A stretch of DNA of 64,000 nt from assembly GCA_963745025.1 (NCBI GenBank), contig CAVUWD010000011.1:160001-224000 (forward strand), given 5' to 3'. Made by a program: the position numbers and the translations under genes. How positions within the stretch are numbered: position 1 is the first letter of the stretch; each line of letters begins with the position of its first letter. The stretch comes from an uncultured delta proteobacterium (GTDB lineage Bacteria; Desulfobacterota; Binatia; JACPRU01). Positions 1 to 8,945 of this stretch are shown piece after piece. The notes beneath the pieces are model-generated. The model saw only the letters and a program-made list of their open reading frames with translations, did not search any database and was not told the origin of the DNA.

Positions 1-637
1 GGGGGAGGACGCCCACCGCTTCGAAGGCCTCGAGCGCTCGCGCCGTATCGCTCGCCACCCCGCTCCACGCCGCCGCGAGCCGAATGCCGGCGGGCAGCGC
101 CGCGGCGACGACGCGCGGGCCACCCTCCGCAGCCGCATAGTCGATCCAGCCGCCGTAGACGCTCGCAGCAACGTCGGCGCCGCTGCCACGCCCGCGCTGA
201 TGCCGGCGATGAACGGAGAGCCCGCATCGGAACAACCGATCGCGCGTCTCGTTCGCTTCGAGATCTTCCCCGACGGCAGCCGCCGCCGCGGCCAAAATCG
301 CGACGACGCTCGCCGCGCTTCCCCCGAGCCCGACCTTGCGGCGCGAGGCCGGGCGCGTGCCGCGCACCGTGAAGCGGAGGGGACGCTCGAGACGAAATTC
401 GTCGCAGGCGGCCGAGACCGCGGACCCGAGCAACGCGGACCGCGGCTCTCCGGACAGCTCGGCGAGCGTCCCGTCGACGCCCAGGTCCGGCGCCGCAACG
501 CACCAGGTCGAGGCCGCCTCCACGCGGCAGGAAATGCCCGCATCGATCGCCGCGACCAGAGCACGCCCACCATGCAAGACGGCGTACTCGCCGATCACGA
601 AGAGCTTCCCCGGCGCTCCAACTTCGAGCGCGGTCAT
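1..637 (-). CDS. Phosphomevalonate kinase (GHMP kinase), runs off the window start
   Basis: Manual translation from ATG 637 (ATGA overlap with the mvaD stop): MTALEVGAPGKLFVIGEYAVLHGG...RKVGLGGSAA...GRGSGADVAASVYGG, all GHMP/PMK motifs. Absent from the ORF track because it has no stop in the window. Confidence 0.85.
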   Translation of the reverse strand, partial: MTALEVGAPGKLFVIGEYAVLHGGRALVAAIDAGISCRVEAASTWCVAAPDLGVDGTLAELSGEPRSALLGSAVSAACDEFRLERPLRFTVRGTRPASRRKVGLGGSAASVVAILAAAAAAVGEDLEANETRDRLFRCGLSVHRRHQRGRGSGADVAASVYGGWIDYAAAEGGPRVVAAALPAGIRLAAAWSGVASDTARALEAFEAVGVLP

Positions 638-1644
638 GACACCACCGCCTGTCGCGGCATCGAGCGCGAGCCCGCGAGCGCCCACGGCGGCGCACGATCG
701 ACGATCCGCGCGCCGTCGCCAGGCCGTGACGACAGAACACGGATCACGCCCGGCACGGCGACCATCGCGGCCTTCACCGTCTCGGCGTCATTCGCCTCGC
801 AGAGAACCTTCACCTGCGGCCCGGCGTCGATGGAGAAGTACGCTTCTACGCCTCGGGCACGAAGCTCCCAGACGCGGCGCATGGCACCGAGCGTCGCAGG
901 CTCCCAATAGACGAGCGGCGGCACCGACGCCATCGCCGCCGCGTGCATGCGGAGACAATTGCGCTCGGCCACGGTGCCGAGACGCGAGAGGTCACGCGTG
1001 CGAATCGCCGCACGAACCTCGGCGAGATCGTCGGCGCCGGAGCGGAGCCAGGCCGGATAGTAAGGCGACGTCGCAACCGTCCGGCGCATCCCCTCGCTCG
1101 AGCCGACCGTCTTCGGCTTCTCGGACGTCACGGCAACGAGGATGCGAAGCGGCCAGTGTTCTTTCGCAGCGATCGGTTCGACAACGCTGCGGTCGCCCTC
1201 CGGGCGCCACTCGACGAATCCTCCGTAGATCGACCGGCATGCGGAGCCCGACCCGGAACGCGCGATCTCGGCGAGCTCGGCATCTCCCAGCGTGAGCGCG
1301 GCGGCTGCCGCGGCAGCCTTCGACAGAGCCGCGAAGGTCGAGGCGGAAGATGCCAGGCCCGCGGCAATCGGAAAATTGGAGGCCAGGAAAATCGTCGCAT
1401 AGCCGCGCACGCCGAACTTCGCGCGAAAGCTCTCGAAGAAGCGCTTGACCTTGCTCTCCGCGGCGGGCGGAAGCCCTTCGACGCGATCGCTGGAGAGCTC
1501 GGGGTAGAAGACGACCTCGGCCGCAGTGCTGATCGAATCGAGGGTTACCGATAGGCTGGCGCTCGCGGGGTGCTTGGCGCTTTCGTCAGCTTTACCCCAG
1601 TATTTCACCAGCGCGAGATTCGAGTTAGCAACCGCCCAGGCCAT
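634..1644 (-). CDS. mvaD: Diphosphomevalonate decarboxylase
   Basis: NLALVKYWGK, SNFPIAAGLASSAS, ARSGSGSACRS, SIDAGPQVK motifs. Confidence 0.95.
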   Translation of the reverse strand: MAWAVANSNLALVKYWGKADESAKHPASASLSVTLDSISTAAEVVFYPELSSDRVEGLPPAAESKVKRFFESFRAKFGVRGYATIFLASNFPIAAGLASSASTFAALSKAAAAAAALTLGDAELAEIARSGSGSACRSIYGGFVEWRPEGDRSVVEPIAAKEHWPLRILVAVTSEKPKTVGSSEGMRRTVATSPYYPAWLRSGADDLAEVRAAIRTRDLSRLGTVAERNCLRMHAAAMASVPPLVYWEPATLGAMRRVWELRARGVEAYFSIDAGPQVKVLCEANDAETVKAAMVAVPGVIRVLSSRPGDGARIVDRAPPWALAGSRSMPRQAVVS

Positions 1645-1719
1645 CTAGCAAACCGTTCGGTTAGTGGCTGGACTCAGATACTAACCTATCGGACAGCTGT
1701 CAAGCCCTGCAGAGCCTCC

Positions 1720-2238
1720 TTACAGCGGCTCGATCATGAACAGAGACTCGCCGTACTCGACGGTTTGGCCGTTTTCCGCCACCACCCGTGCGACCTTACC
1801 GCGGAACTCGGCCTGAATCTCGTTCATCATCTTCATGGCCTCGATGATACAGAGCGTATCGCCCTTCTCGACGACGGACCCGGCCTCCACGAACGCGGGC
1901 GCATCGGGGCTCGGCGAGCGGTAGAACGTGCCCACCATCGGAGAGATGATCGGCTTGCCGCGGTCGAGAGAGCCCTCCGGAGCCGGTACGTACGGCGTCG
2001 CAGCCGCTCCGGGCGCAGGCGGGGACTCCGTCGGCACGGAAGTCGGGCCGCCGGGCGCGCGGGGCCGATCCTTCACCAGCCGAATCTTCGACCCGTGGCT
2101 TTCGATCTCGATCTCGGCGAGGTGGTTCTCGTCCATCAGCCGTATGAGCGTGCTCACGTCGTGAACGCTAACGGGGATCGCGCCTTGCCCCGCCGCCGGC
2201 GTGATGTTCTGAGTCCCGCGCTTACCGGTCCGCCGCAT
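1720..2238 (-). CDS. accB: Acetyl-CoA carboxylase biotin carboxyl carrier protein
   Basis: [13 protein letters not shown] and EAMKM biotinylation motif. Start placed at ATG 2238 (uncertain). Confidence 0.93.
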   Translation of the reverse strand: MRRTGKRGTQNITPAAGQGAIPVSVHDVSTLIRLMDENHLAEIEIESHGSKIRLVKDRPRAPGGPTSVPTESPPAPGAAATPYVPAPEGSLDRGKPIISPMVGTFYRSPSPDAPAFVEAGSVVEKGDTLCIIEAMKMMNEIQAEFRGKVARVVAENGQTVEYGESLFMIEPL

Positions 2239-2346
2239 AGACCGCGGGAGTCTATCCAGTTTGGGGGCGGGCCTCAACCTGAGAGCGCAAGGCTACGAGC
2301 TACGGATCCGGGCTCTTCTCGCCGCGCCCGACCGCTTCCCGCGCGT

Positions 2347-2745
2347 TCACGCGGCAAGCAGCTGGAAGCCGTATTGTGCGAAATGGCGATCGAACGCGAA
2401 CGCCTGAGAGAGGCGCAGCCGCTCCATCACGGCAAAGCTCGTCGCGTCCGTGTAGGAGAACCGCTTGTGCTCGTAGCCGCGAAGTATCCCGCGGGCGCGA
2501 TCCTCGTCCTCGGCCGTCACTCGCTCGACCGTCCAGACGTTACCGAAGAGCCATCTGCGGGCGATGGCGGGCCCCAGGCGGGCAACGAGCAGGCCGTGAG
2601 TCTCCGCGACGACGAAATTCGTGACCAGCGGCTGAGCACGCCGTACCGTCAATCCTTCGAGGATCGTGGCCGACGCCCGGTGGTTGCGGTCGCTCCGGTC
2701 GAGGAGCGCGTAGATCGCGCTCGTGTCGACGAAGATGCGCGCCAT
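2347..2745 (-). CDS. vapC: PIN-domain VapC-family toxin
   Basis: IFVDTSAIYA, VVAE, SYTDATSFAVM, FAFDRHF acidic PIN motifs; 132 aa. Confidence 0.9.
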   Translation of the reverse strand: MARIFVDTSAIYALLDRSDRNHRASATILEGLTVRRAQPLVTNFVVAETHGLLVARLGPAIARRWLFGNVWTVERVTAEDEDRARGILRGYEHKRFSYTDATSFAVMERLRLSQAFAFDRHFAQYGFQLLAA

Positions 2746-2999
2746 CGTCGGATCTCCCCTTCGGCAATGTGGTCATCGTGACGGTCGGACACGTCGTGCC
2801 GCCCAGAATCCCCGACACCGATGAGCTCGCGGATCGGGTCGCGAGGCCCCAGCACCTGGCCGACGTCGACCTTCCGCATCCGCACCTCGCCATCCTTCGT
2901 CCAGACTTCGACCAGCGAGTCCTGATCGATGCCGAGCGCTTCGCGGACCTCGAGCGGAATCGTCACCTGACCCTTCTCCGTAACCTTGTATACCTTCAT
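2649..2999 (-). CDS. AbrB/MazE/SpoVT-type antitoxin
   Basis: KVTEKGQVTIPLEVREALGI swapped-hairpin motif; directly upstream of and overlapping the PIN gene. Confidence 0.88.
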   Translation of the reverse strand: MKVYKVTEKGQVTIPLEVREALGIDQDSLVEVWTKDGEVRMRKVDVGQVLGPRDPIRELIGVGDSGRHDVSDRHDDHIAEGEIRRWRASSSTRARSTRSSTGATATTGRRPRSSKD

Positions 3000-3006
3000 G
3001 TTGGGA

Positions 3007-3035
3007 AGTATTACCAGGAGTAGGAATCACGTCAA
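3007..3035 (-). promoter_or_regulatory. Putative sigma70 promoter of the TA operon, probably giving a leaderless mRNA
   Basis: Minus strand TTGACG-N16-TAATACT ending 7 nt before the antitoxin ATG; no Shine-Dalgarno. Confidence 0.45.
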
Positions 3036-3071
3036 GCCATCCCAGCGGTGGAGGGATAGCGGGAGGGCGCG

Positions 3072-3149
3072 GGGTGTTGCAGCGCTTCGCGCTGGTGCGG
3101 TGCGGTCACCGAGTACGGCTCGACCGCAACCGCCGGTGTGGCGACACCC
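3072..3149. repeat. Intergenic hairpin with conserved apex CCGAGTACGGCTCGA (copy 1)
   Basis: 15-mer at 3109-3123 inside an imperfect stem; identical 15-mers at 24033-24047 and, inverted, at 23913-23927. Confidence 0.7.
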
Positions 3150-3183
3150 TCGGCGAGACGCACACGCGCGCGGATGGGCTACC

Positions 3184-3672
3184 CTACCGCGTCGAGCGCT
3201 TGCGTGCGGGCCGCGCGCGTGGCGGCACGGGCTGTCGGCTGCGCAGCAACGACACCGCGGCGCGGAGGCCGAGGAGGTAGCTCTCGGCGCCGAAGCCGAG
3301 AATCTGCCCCTCCACGACCCCGGCGAGGTAGGAGCGGTGACGGAACCGCTCGCGCTTGTGGACGTTCGAGAGGTGCACCTCGACCACCGGCAAGCCTGCC
3401 GCGAGCACCGCGTCGCGCAGCGCAATCGAGGTATGCGTGTAGGCGCCCGGATTGAACACGATCGCGTCGAACCGGCTCGCCGCCTGCTGGATGCGCGTCA
3501 CCAGCTCGCCTTCGACGTTCGACTGGTAGCTCTCGATCTCTACGCCGAGCTCTGCGCCGAGAGCGCGCGCGGCGCCAACGATGTCGTCGAGCGTCTGGTG
3601 CCCGTAGACCCCCGGCTCCCGCCTGCCCAGCATGTTCAGGTTGGGACCGTGAAGCAGGAGAATCTTTTCCAT
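3184..3672 (-). CDS. aroQ: Type II 3-dehydroquinate dehydratase
   Basis: [47 protein letters not shown]. Confidence 0.97.
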   Translation of the reverse strand: MEKILLLHGPNLNMLGRREPGVYGHQTLDDIVGAARALGAELGVEIESYQSNVEGELVTRIQQAASRFDAIVFNPGAYTHTSIALRDAVLAAGLPVVEVHLSNVHKRERFRHRSYLAGVVEGQILGFGAESYLLGLRAAVSLLRSRQPVPPRARPARKRSTR

Positions 3673-3742
3673 CGCGGGCTAGATAAGCGAAGGGCCGGTC
3701 AAGCCGGCCCTTCGCTGACGAGCTAGACGAGCGCTCGATTGA

Positions 3743-4555
3743 TCATATGCAGGAGACGCTCCCTCCTGTTGTCGGCTGGCACTTGTCACCGCTGATGCTG
3801 TCGCAACAACCGCTCTGGCACTGAGTACTCTGGGTACACGCGGCACCGTTCGCGAGCGTTCCCGTGCCGCTCGCCAGACACGTCCCGCCACTGCACGTTC
3901 CCGACGCGCACTCGACATCCGCGCAACAAGTCGTCGTCGTATCGCTGATCTTCTGCGTGCACTGCGACACTCCAAGGAAGCAGGTGTCGTTGAAGCTGCA
4001 GAAGAGCGCCGGGTTGCAGTCGCTATCGGAGGCGCACGGTGAGCTGACGACACCCGGACCAAGCGGAGGGCCTCCGCTCGTGAAGGAGATTCCCCGTCTC
4101 GCCTGCAGGCCGAAGCCCGCCTGCGCGGTGGCGACCAGCGTGAAGCTGCCTGGATTGGTTCCGTCTTGGAAGTGCCCGGAGATGATGCCGTTTTCGTCCG
4201 TCAGACCGCAACCGTCCTTCGGCTCCGTGAAGCGGGCGACGGCTGGGTCCTCGAATGCGAAGCAAATCTGCACGCCCCCGATCCCAACCCCGCTTCCATC
4301 AACCAGCTGGGCGCGGAAGCCTGAAATGGTCTTGCCGTCGGCGGGCACCGAATTCGGTGCGCTGAGGCTGAGGCAGCTGCCGCCCCCGGCCTGGCCCTCG
4401 GGGGAGCACGACTGGCTCACGAACTGGCCGAACGCCGCGGTGCCCGTATTGGCGCCGCCACCGGTGCTCCCGCACGAGGAGTACAGCGCCATCAGCGCGA
4501 GGCCCACTCCGACCGCGACGCCCGACGACATCACCATCATGAGCGGCTTTCTCAT
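3743..4555 (-). CDS. Lipoprotein with Big_1/invasin-like Ig domain and Cys-rich C-terminal repeats
   Basis: ATG 4555 after GGAGGG; hydrophobic signal ending YSS-C; VPADGKT...AQLVDGSG and TDENG Ig-like motifs; Cys-dense last ~100 aa. Confidence 0.75.
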   Translation of the reverse strand: MRKPLMMVMSSGVAVGVGLALMALYSSCGSTGGGANTGTAAFGQFVSQSCSPEGQAGGGSCLSLSAPNSVPADGKTISGFRAQLVDGSGVGIGGVQICFAFEDPAVARFTEPKDGCGLTDENGIISGHFQDGTNPGSFTLVATAQAGFGLQARRGISFTSGGPPLGPGVVSSPCASDSDCNPALFCSFNDTCFLGVSQCTQKISDTTTTCCADVECASGTCSGGTCLASGTGTLANGAACTQSTQCQSGCCDSISGDKCQPTTGGSVSCI

Positions 4556-4556
4556 A

Positions 4557-5207
4557 TCACCCTCCCGTCCCCGTCCCAGTTCCGCCCTCGAGCGATTCAC
4601 CCGGCGTCGGCGTCGGAATCGCGCACCCACCGCTCAGCGCGGTGAACTCGACCTGATAGGTCACCCGGTTGGTGGTGAAGTCGTCGCTGGAATCGGCAAC
4701 GCCGACCGCCGTAGCGCTCACCACCATGGCGAACGGCAGATCGGGGAGCCGGCTCGAGTTGTCGTTCAGGAACTTGAAGATGGCCGGGCTGACGATGACG
4801 ATCTGCGCGAAACCCGTCGACGGATTGCTCGGCTCTGCGCCGTTCGTCGGGCCGAGGCGCAGCGACAAGGCGGAGACGTCGCTCGGGATCGCCAGCGACG
4901 AGCCGTTGATGTGATACGACAGATTCACGTGATCGACGTTAATACCCTGCGCGACCATGCTGTTCTGCAGCCCAAGGAACCCGCCGTCCAACGTCCCATC
5001 ACCGTCGAGGTCGTTGGGGATGATCGTAGTGTCGCGCAGCGAAGCGCAGCGACCCGCGTCACCGGCCGTCCCGGTACCATCTGCGAAAAATCCCAAAGCC
5101 CGGAACGAGACTCCCTGGTCGTTCGAGCTACCGCACCCGCTCCAGGACGCGGCGACGACGATCGATGCTAGTAGAGCGATGCTCCCGAAGATCCTACCCT
5201 TGCCCAT
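4557..5207 (-). CDS. Hypothetical beta-rich lipoprotein
   Basis: AGGAGG RBS; signal peptide with lipobox WSG-C; 1 nt gap to the next gene. Confidence 0.75.
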   Translation of the reverse strand: MGKGRIFGSIALLASIVVAASWSGCGSSNDQGVSFRALGFFADGTGTAGDAGRCASLRDTTIIPNDLDGDGTLDGGFLGLQNSMVAQGINVDHVNLSYHINGSSLAIPSDVSALSLRLGPTNGAEPSNPSTGFAQIVIVSPAIFKFLNDNSSRLPDLPFAMVVSATAVGVADSSDDFTTNRVTYQVEFTALSGGCAIPTPTPGESLEGGTGTGTGG

Positions 5208-5291
5208 TAGTCTTCCTCCTTCTGCCTTCGGGTCGATGGCACTCTATTGGGTTTTCTGCCGCGCAGTCAAGGATTCCGGGGGGGCGCACTC

Positions 5292-7019
5292 TCATTTCGG
5301 CTCAAACGTGAACCGGACTTCCCGGATCTCGCCGTCATTCAGCTCGACGCCGATGGTCTGCTGGGGATAGCCCTCGAGATCTCCGGTCACCTCGTAATGG
5401 CCGCTCGGCAGCTGCCCGAGCGAGAGCGGCGTCCGGCCCTTGAGATCGCCATTCACCCTCACCGTGACTCCCGGCGGCTGCGACAGGATCCTCAGCGAGT
5501 TGACTATCATCCGCAGAGTGACCTTCATCGTGTAGTCGGCCCCCGATTCGAGCTGGGTGCTCTTCTTGTAGGAGGCGTAGCCTTCCTTGCGCACCTCGAG
5601 GTCGTAGCTCCCGGGATCGAGATCCGAGATGCGAAGCGGCGTTCGGCCTTTGACCGCGCCGTCGACGACGACTTCGGCGCCCGGCGGATCGGAGATCACG
5701 TCGATCGAGGGGTTGCCGACCGCCGCCGGCGGGGGCGGGGCGACCGGTGCGGCCGTCGGCTCGACCGGCCGCAGCGCGGCGGTCGGCCTCGGTCGCGGCG
5801 GCGGCACGGCGGTCGGTGGCGGTGGTACGGTCGGCGCGAGGGTCGGCTTCACGCGAACGGCCGTCGGCTCGGGCGGCGGCGGCTCGGTCGGTTTTTCGGC
5901 CGGCTTCGGTGACGGCGGTGGCGAGGTCGGCACCACGGGAGCCTCGGTCGAGGGCGCGGCAGTCGTCATCGCCACCGGAGTTCCCTCCACGAGAGGAACC
6001 GGCATGCGCCGCGAGCTTCGAAGGTAAGCGGTCACAGCGAGCACGGCGGCCAGCAAGATCACGACCGCAATCGCGGGACCCAAGAGCGAGGACTTTCCGC
6101 TTCGCGGAGCGAGGTCGCGGAAGGCCTGGAAATCGCCGACTTCGAGCGGAGCGTTCAGGCCTGTGGGCGGCCCGGGAGCCGCTGCCGGCAATGGCTCCGC
6201 GGGGGCGAAGGCCCTTCGCAATTCCGAAGCGAAAGTGGCTACGTCGCGTGTCCGCTGCGTCGGGTCCTTCGCGAGCGCTCGCGCCATGACCTCGTCGAAG
6301 GCCTTCGGTAGATTCGGATCGACGCGGCTCGGCGGCTCGGGATCGACGTTCATGATCTGGAACAGCACGGCCGCCAAACCTTCGCCGGCGAACGGCTGCC
6401 GGCCCGTCAGCAGCTGGTAGGCGAGGATCGCGAGCGCGAACACGTCACTGCGCGCGTCGACCGGCTTGCCTTCGATCTGCTCGGGCGCCATGTAGCTCGG
6501 CGTGCCGACCGGCGTGGTCGTCGCAGCGGTCTGCGAACTCATGAGCCTGGCGACGCCGAAATCCGCGATCTTGGGATGCCGGTTGCCGGAGAGCAGGATG
6601 TTCGCCGGCTTCAGGTCACGATGAACCACTCCGCGGTCGTGAGCGTAGGCGAGACCGTCCGCGATCCCTTCCATCATCGCCAACGCCTCGTCCCTCGGCA
6701 GCCTCCCGCGGCGAGTCAATTCGTCCGCGAGCGTGGGGCCCTCGATGAACTCCATCGCGAGGTAGGGCACGTCCTGCTCGAGCCCGCCGTCGTAGACGAC
6801 CACGACGTTCGGGTGGTTGAGCTTGCTCGCGGTGCGCACCTCGCGTTCGAAGCGCCGCCGGATGTCCTCGGTGACCGCAATGTCCTGTCGGTAGGTCTTG
6901 ACGGCGACGGTTCGATCGAGAAACGCGTCGTGCGCTTTGTAGACGACGCCCATCGCGCCGTGTCCGAGAACCTCGAGAAGCTCGTAGCGACCTAGCCGGC
7001 GCGGCCTCTCGGAGCTCAT
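5292..7019 (-). CDS. Hanks-type Ser/Thr protein kinase with TM helix, Pro-rich linker and two PEGA domains
   Basis: ATG 7019 (ATGA overlap); GHGAMGVVY, VAVK, HRDLKPAN, DFG, GTPSYMAPE; SDPPGAEVVVDG...GRTPL and SQPPGVTVRVNG...GRTPL. Confidence 0.93.
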   Translation of the reverse strand: MSSERPRRLGRYELLEVLGHGAMGVVYKAHDAFLDRTVAVKTYRQDIAVTEDIRRRFEREVRTASKLNHPNVVVVYDGGLEQDVPYLAMEFIEGPTLADELTRRGRLPRDEALAMMEGIADGLAYAHDRGVVHRDLKPANILLSGNRHPKIADFGVARLMSSQTAATTTPVGTPSYMAPEQIEGKPVDARSDVFALAILAYQLLTGRQPFAGEGLAAVLFQIMNVDPEPPSRVDPNLPKAFDEVMARALAKDPTQRTRDVATFASELRRAFAPAEPLPAAAPGPPTGLNAPLEVGDFQAFRDLAPRSGKSSLLGPAIAVVILLAAVLAVTAYLRSSRRMPVPLVEGTPVAMTTAAPSTEAPVVPTSPPPSPKPAEKPTEPPPPEPTAVRVKPTLAPTVPPPPTAVPPPRPRPTAALRPVEPTAAPVAPPPPAAVGNPSIDVISDPPGAEVVVDGAVKGRTPLRISDLDPGSYDLEVRKEGYASYKKSTQLESGADYTMKVTLRMIVNSLRILSQPPGVTVRVNGDLKGRTPLSLGQLPSGHYEVTGDLEGYPQQTIGVELNDGEIREVRFTFEPK

Positions 7020-8224
7020 CGGTCGAACCTCAAGGCCACGACCGGATCGAGCGCGGCGGCGTACGCCGCAGGGTAGAGCGTCGACACGATGGCGAGCGCG
7101 ATGGCGAGCGCGAACGTCAGAGCCGCTTCGAGTGGCGACGGCATCCAAGGCCAATCGCTCATCCAAGAAGCGATGCCGGAGCCCGCGATTCCCGCGGCGA
7201 TGCCGACGGTCGCTCCCCCCGCTGCGAGCACGACACCCTCCAGAACGAACTGCGCGAGCACCTCGGACTGTCGCGCGCCGACGGCGCGCCGGATGGCGAT
7301 CTCGCGTGTGCGACTACGGACGTTCTGCCAGGACGCGGTCGTCATGCCGACGCCACCGAGCGCGAACGCAGCGAGCGACACCAGAAAGAGAAGCCGATTG
7401 AGCAAGCCGCGAGTGGCACGATGCTCGGAAAGCAGGCGCGCGGCGGTCGTGACCTCGAAGCGCTGCGTTCCCTCATGACGCTTCTCGAGGACGCGCTCGA
7501 CGATCGGCGCAGCCGCTTCCGGATCCACGCGCGAATCGATCGCCAGCCACGCCTCGGCCAGCCCCTGACGCCGAAACGCGTCGGCCGCGAACGTGTTGGT
7601 GATCGGCAGATAGACCTCCCTCCCAGGATTCGTTCCTTCGCCAGCCCATGGGGTGGCGCCGCCGGATTCCGCAGCGAGCACGCCGATCACCCGGTACCAG
7701 TTTCCACCGACCTTGACGAGCGAGCCGTACACCTCGCCCGAAGCGACGAATCGCCGCGCCGCTTCGGCGCCGAGGACGCACACGGCATCCCCTCGCGCGA
7801 CCTCGTCGGCGGCGAACGCTCGTCCGCGCTGAAAGCGCAGCCGGCGAAGCGTGAAGAACTCGGGGGTCGTTCCGATCGCGCGCACGCTCACACGCTCGGT
7901 CGGCAGCAGGATGCTCGACTCGACCGCGCGCACCGGCGCCACCGCGCGAACGAAGCGGAGCGACCGACTCAAGGATTCCGCATCGCCGAACGTGAGCGCG
8001 GGTGGCGCACCCGGCGTCGCTTCGCCGACGGGGCGCACGGCGACCAGCTCGATGCCCAGAGCCGCCAAACGGCGCAGAATCTCCGCCCGCGCACCACCGG
8101 TGATCGCGAAGAGGGCCACGGCGGCCGCGGCACCGGCGGCGAAGCCGGCTGCCGTGATCCCCGAGCGGACGCGATGCAGCCGCACCCCGCGCGCAGCGTC
8201 GTGAATGAGATCGCCGACCTTCAT
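7016..8224 (-). CDS. MacB/FtsX-family ABC transporter permease
   Basis: N-terminal TM, periplasmic GRAF..EV...VCVLG, RTREIAIRRAVGA, AAALDPVVALR C-terminus. Confidence 0.9.
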   Translation of the reverse strand: MKVGDLIHDAARGVRLHRVRSGITAAGFAAGAAAAVALFAITGGARAEILRRLAALGIELVAVRPVGEATPGAPPALTFGDAESLSRSLRFVRAVAPVRAVESSILLPTERVSVRAIGTTPEFFTLRRLRFQRGRAFAADEVARGDAVCVLGAEAARRFVASGEVYGSLVKVGGNWYRVIGVLAAESGGATPWAGEGTNPGREVYLPITNTFAADAFRRQGLAEAWLAIDSRVDPEAAAPIVERVLEKRHEGTQRFEVTTAARLLSEHRATRGLLNRLLFLVSLAAFALGGVGMTTASWQNVRSRTREIAIRRAVGARQSEVLAQFVLEGVVLAAGGATVGIAAGIAGSGIASWMSDWPWMPSPLEAALTFALAIALAIVSTLYPAAYAAALDPVVALRFDR

Positions 8225-8922
8225 ACGCCCGCGGGGTCGGCGGCGGTCACCTCCGCAGGACGAAGTCGTCCCGCCGCCATCTCGTAACGACGATCGGCTC
8301 GCACCGCGACTCGCGCGTTGTGGGTCACGACGACGATGGTCGTCCCCGCCCGATGGGCGTCGCGGAAGACGTCGAGCACGCCGCCTGTCGCCGCCTCGTC
8401 GAGATTTCCGGTCGGCTCGTCGGCCAGCAGGACGTCGGGATCGGCGACGAGCGCGCGCGCGATCGCGGTGCGCTGCTGCTCACCTCCAGAGAGCTCGTCG
8501 GGAAGATGGGTCAGGCGGTGCGCGAGGCCGACGCGCTCGAGGGCCGCACGCGACCGCGCGAGCCGCAGCGGCCGGTCCAGACCGCGGTAAACGAGCGGCA
8601 ACTCGACATTCTCGGTGACGGTCAAGTGCGGCACGAGCTGAAAGGCCTGGAAGACGAGGCCGATCCTCTGATTTCGCAGCCGCGCGCGCTGGGTATCGCC
8701 GAGCGCCGAGACGTCGACGCCGTCGAGCTCGTAGCGTCCCGCGGTCGGCGTGTCGAGGAGGCTCAGAACGTGCAGCAGAGTCGACTTTCCCGACCCCGAA
8801 GCGCCCGTCACGCTGACGAATTCCCCGCGGTCGATGCGCAGCGAGACCGTGTCGAGAGCGGCCACGTCGCCGTCGTTGCGAAGGTAGGTGCGCGAGACTC
8901 CTTGCAGGGAGAGAAGCGGCAT
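8221..8922 (-). CDS. ABC transporter ATP-binding protein (MacB/LolD type)
   Basis: ATG 8922; GASGSGKST, LSGGEQQR, LLADEPTGNLD, VVVTH. Confidence 0.95.
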   Translation of the reverse strand: MPLLSLQGVSRTYLRNDGDVAALDTVSLRIDRGEFVSVTGASGSGKSTLLHVLSLLDTPTAGRYELDGVDVSALGDTQRARLRNQRIGLVFQAFQLVPHLTVTENVELPLVYRGLDRPLRLARSRAALERVGLAHRLTHLPDELSGGEQQRTAIARALVADPDVLLADEPTGNLDEAATGGVLDVFRDAHRAGTTIVVVTHNARVAVRADRRYEMAAGRLRPAEVTAADPAGV

Positions 8923-8945
8923 GCGGGAGGGGCAATCGGCGGCGA

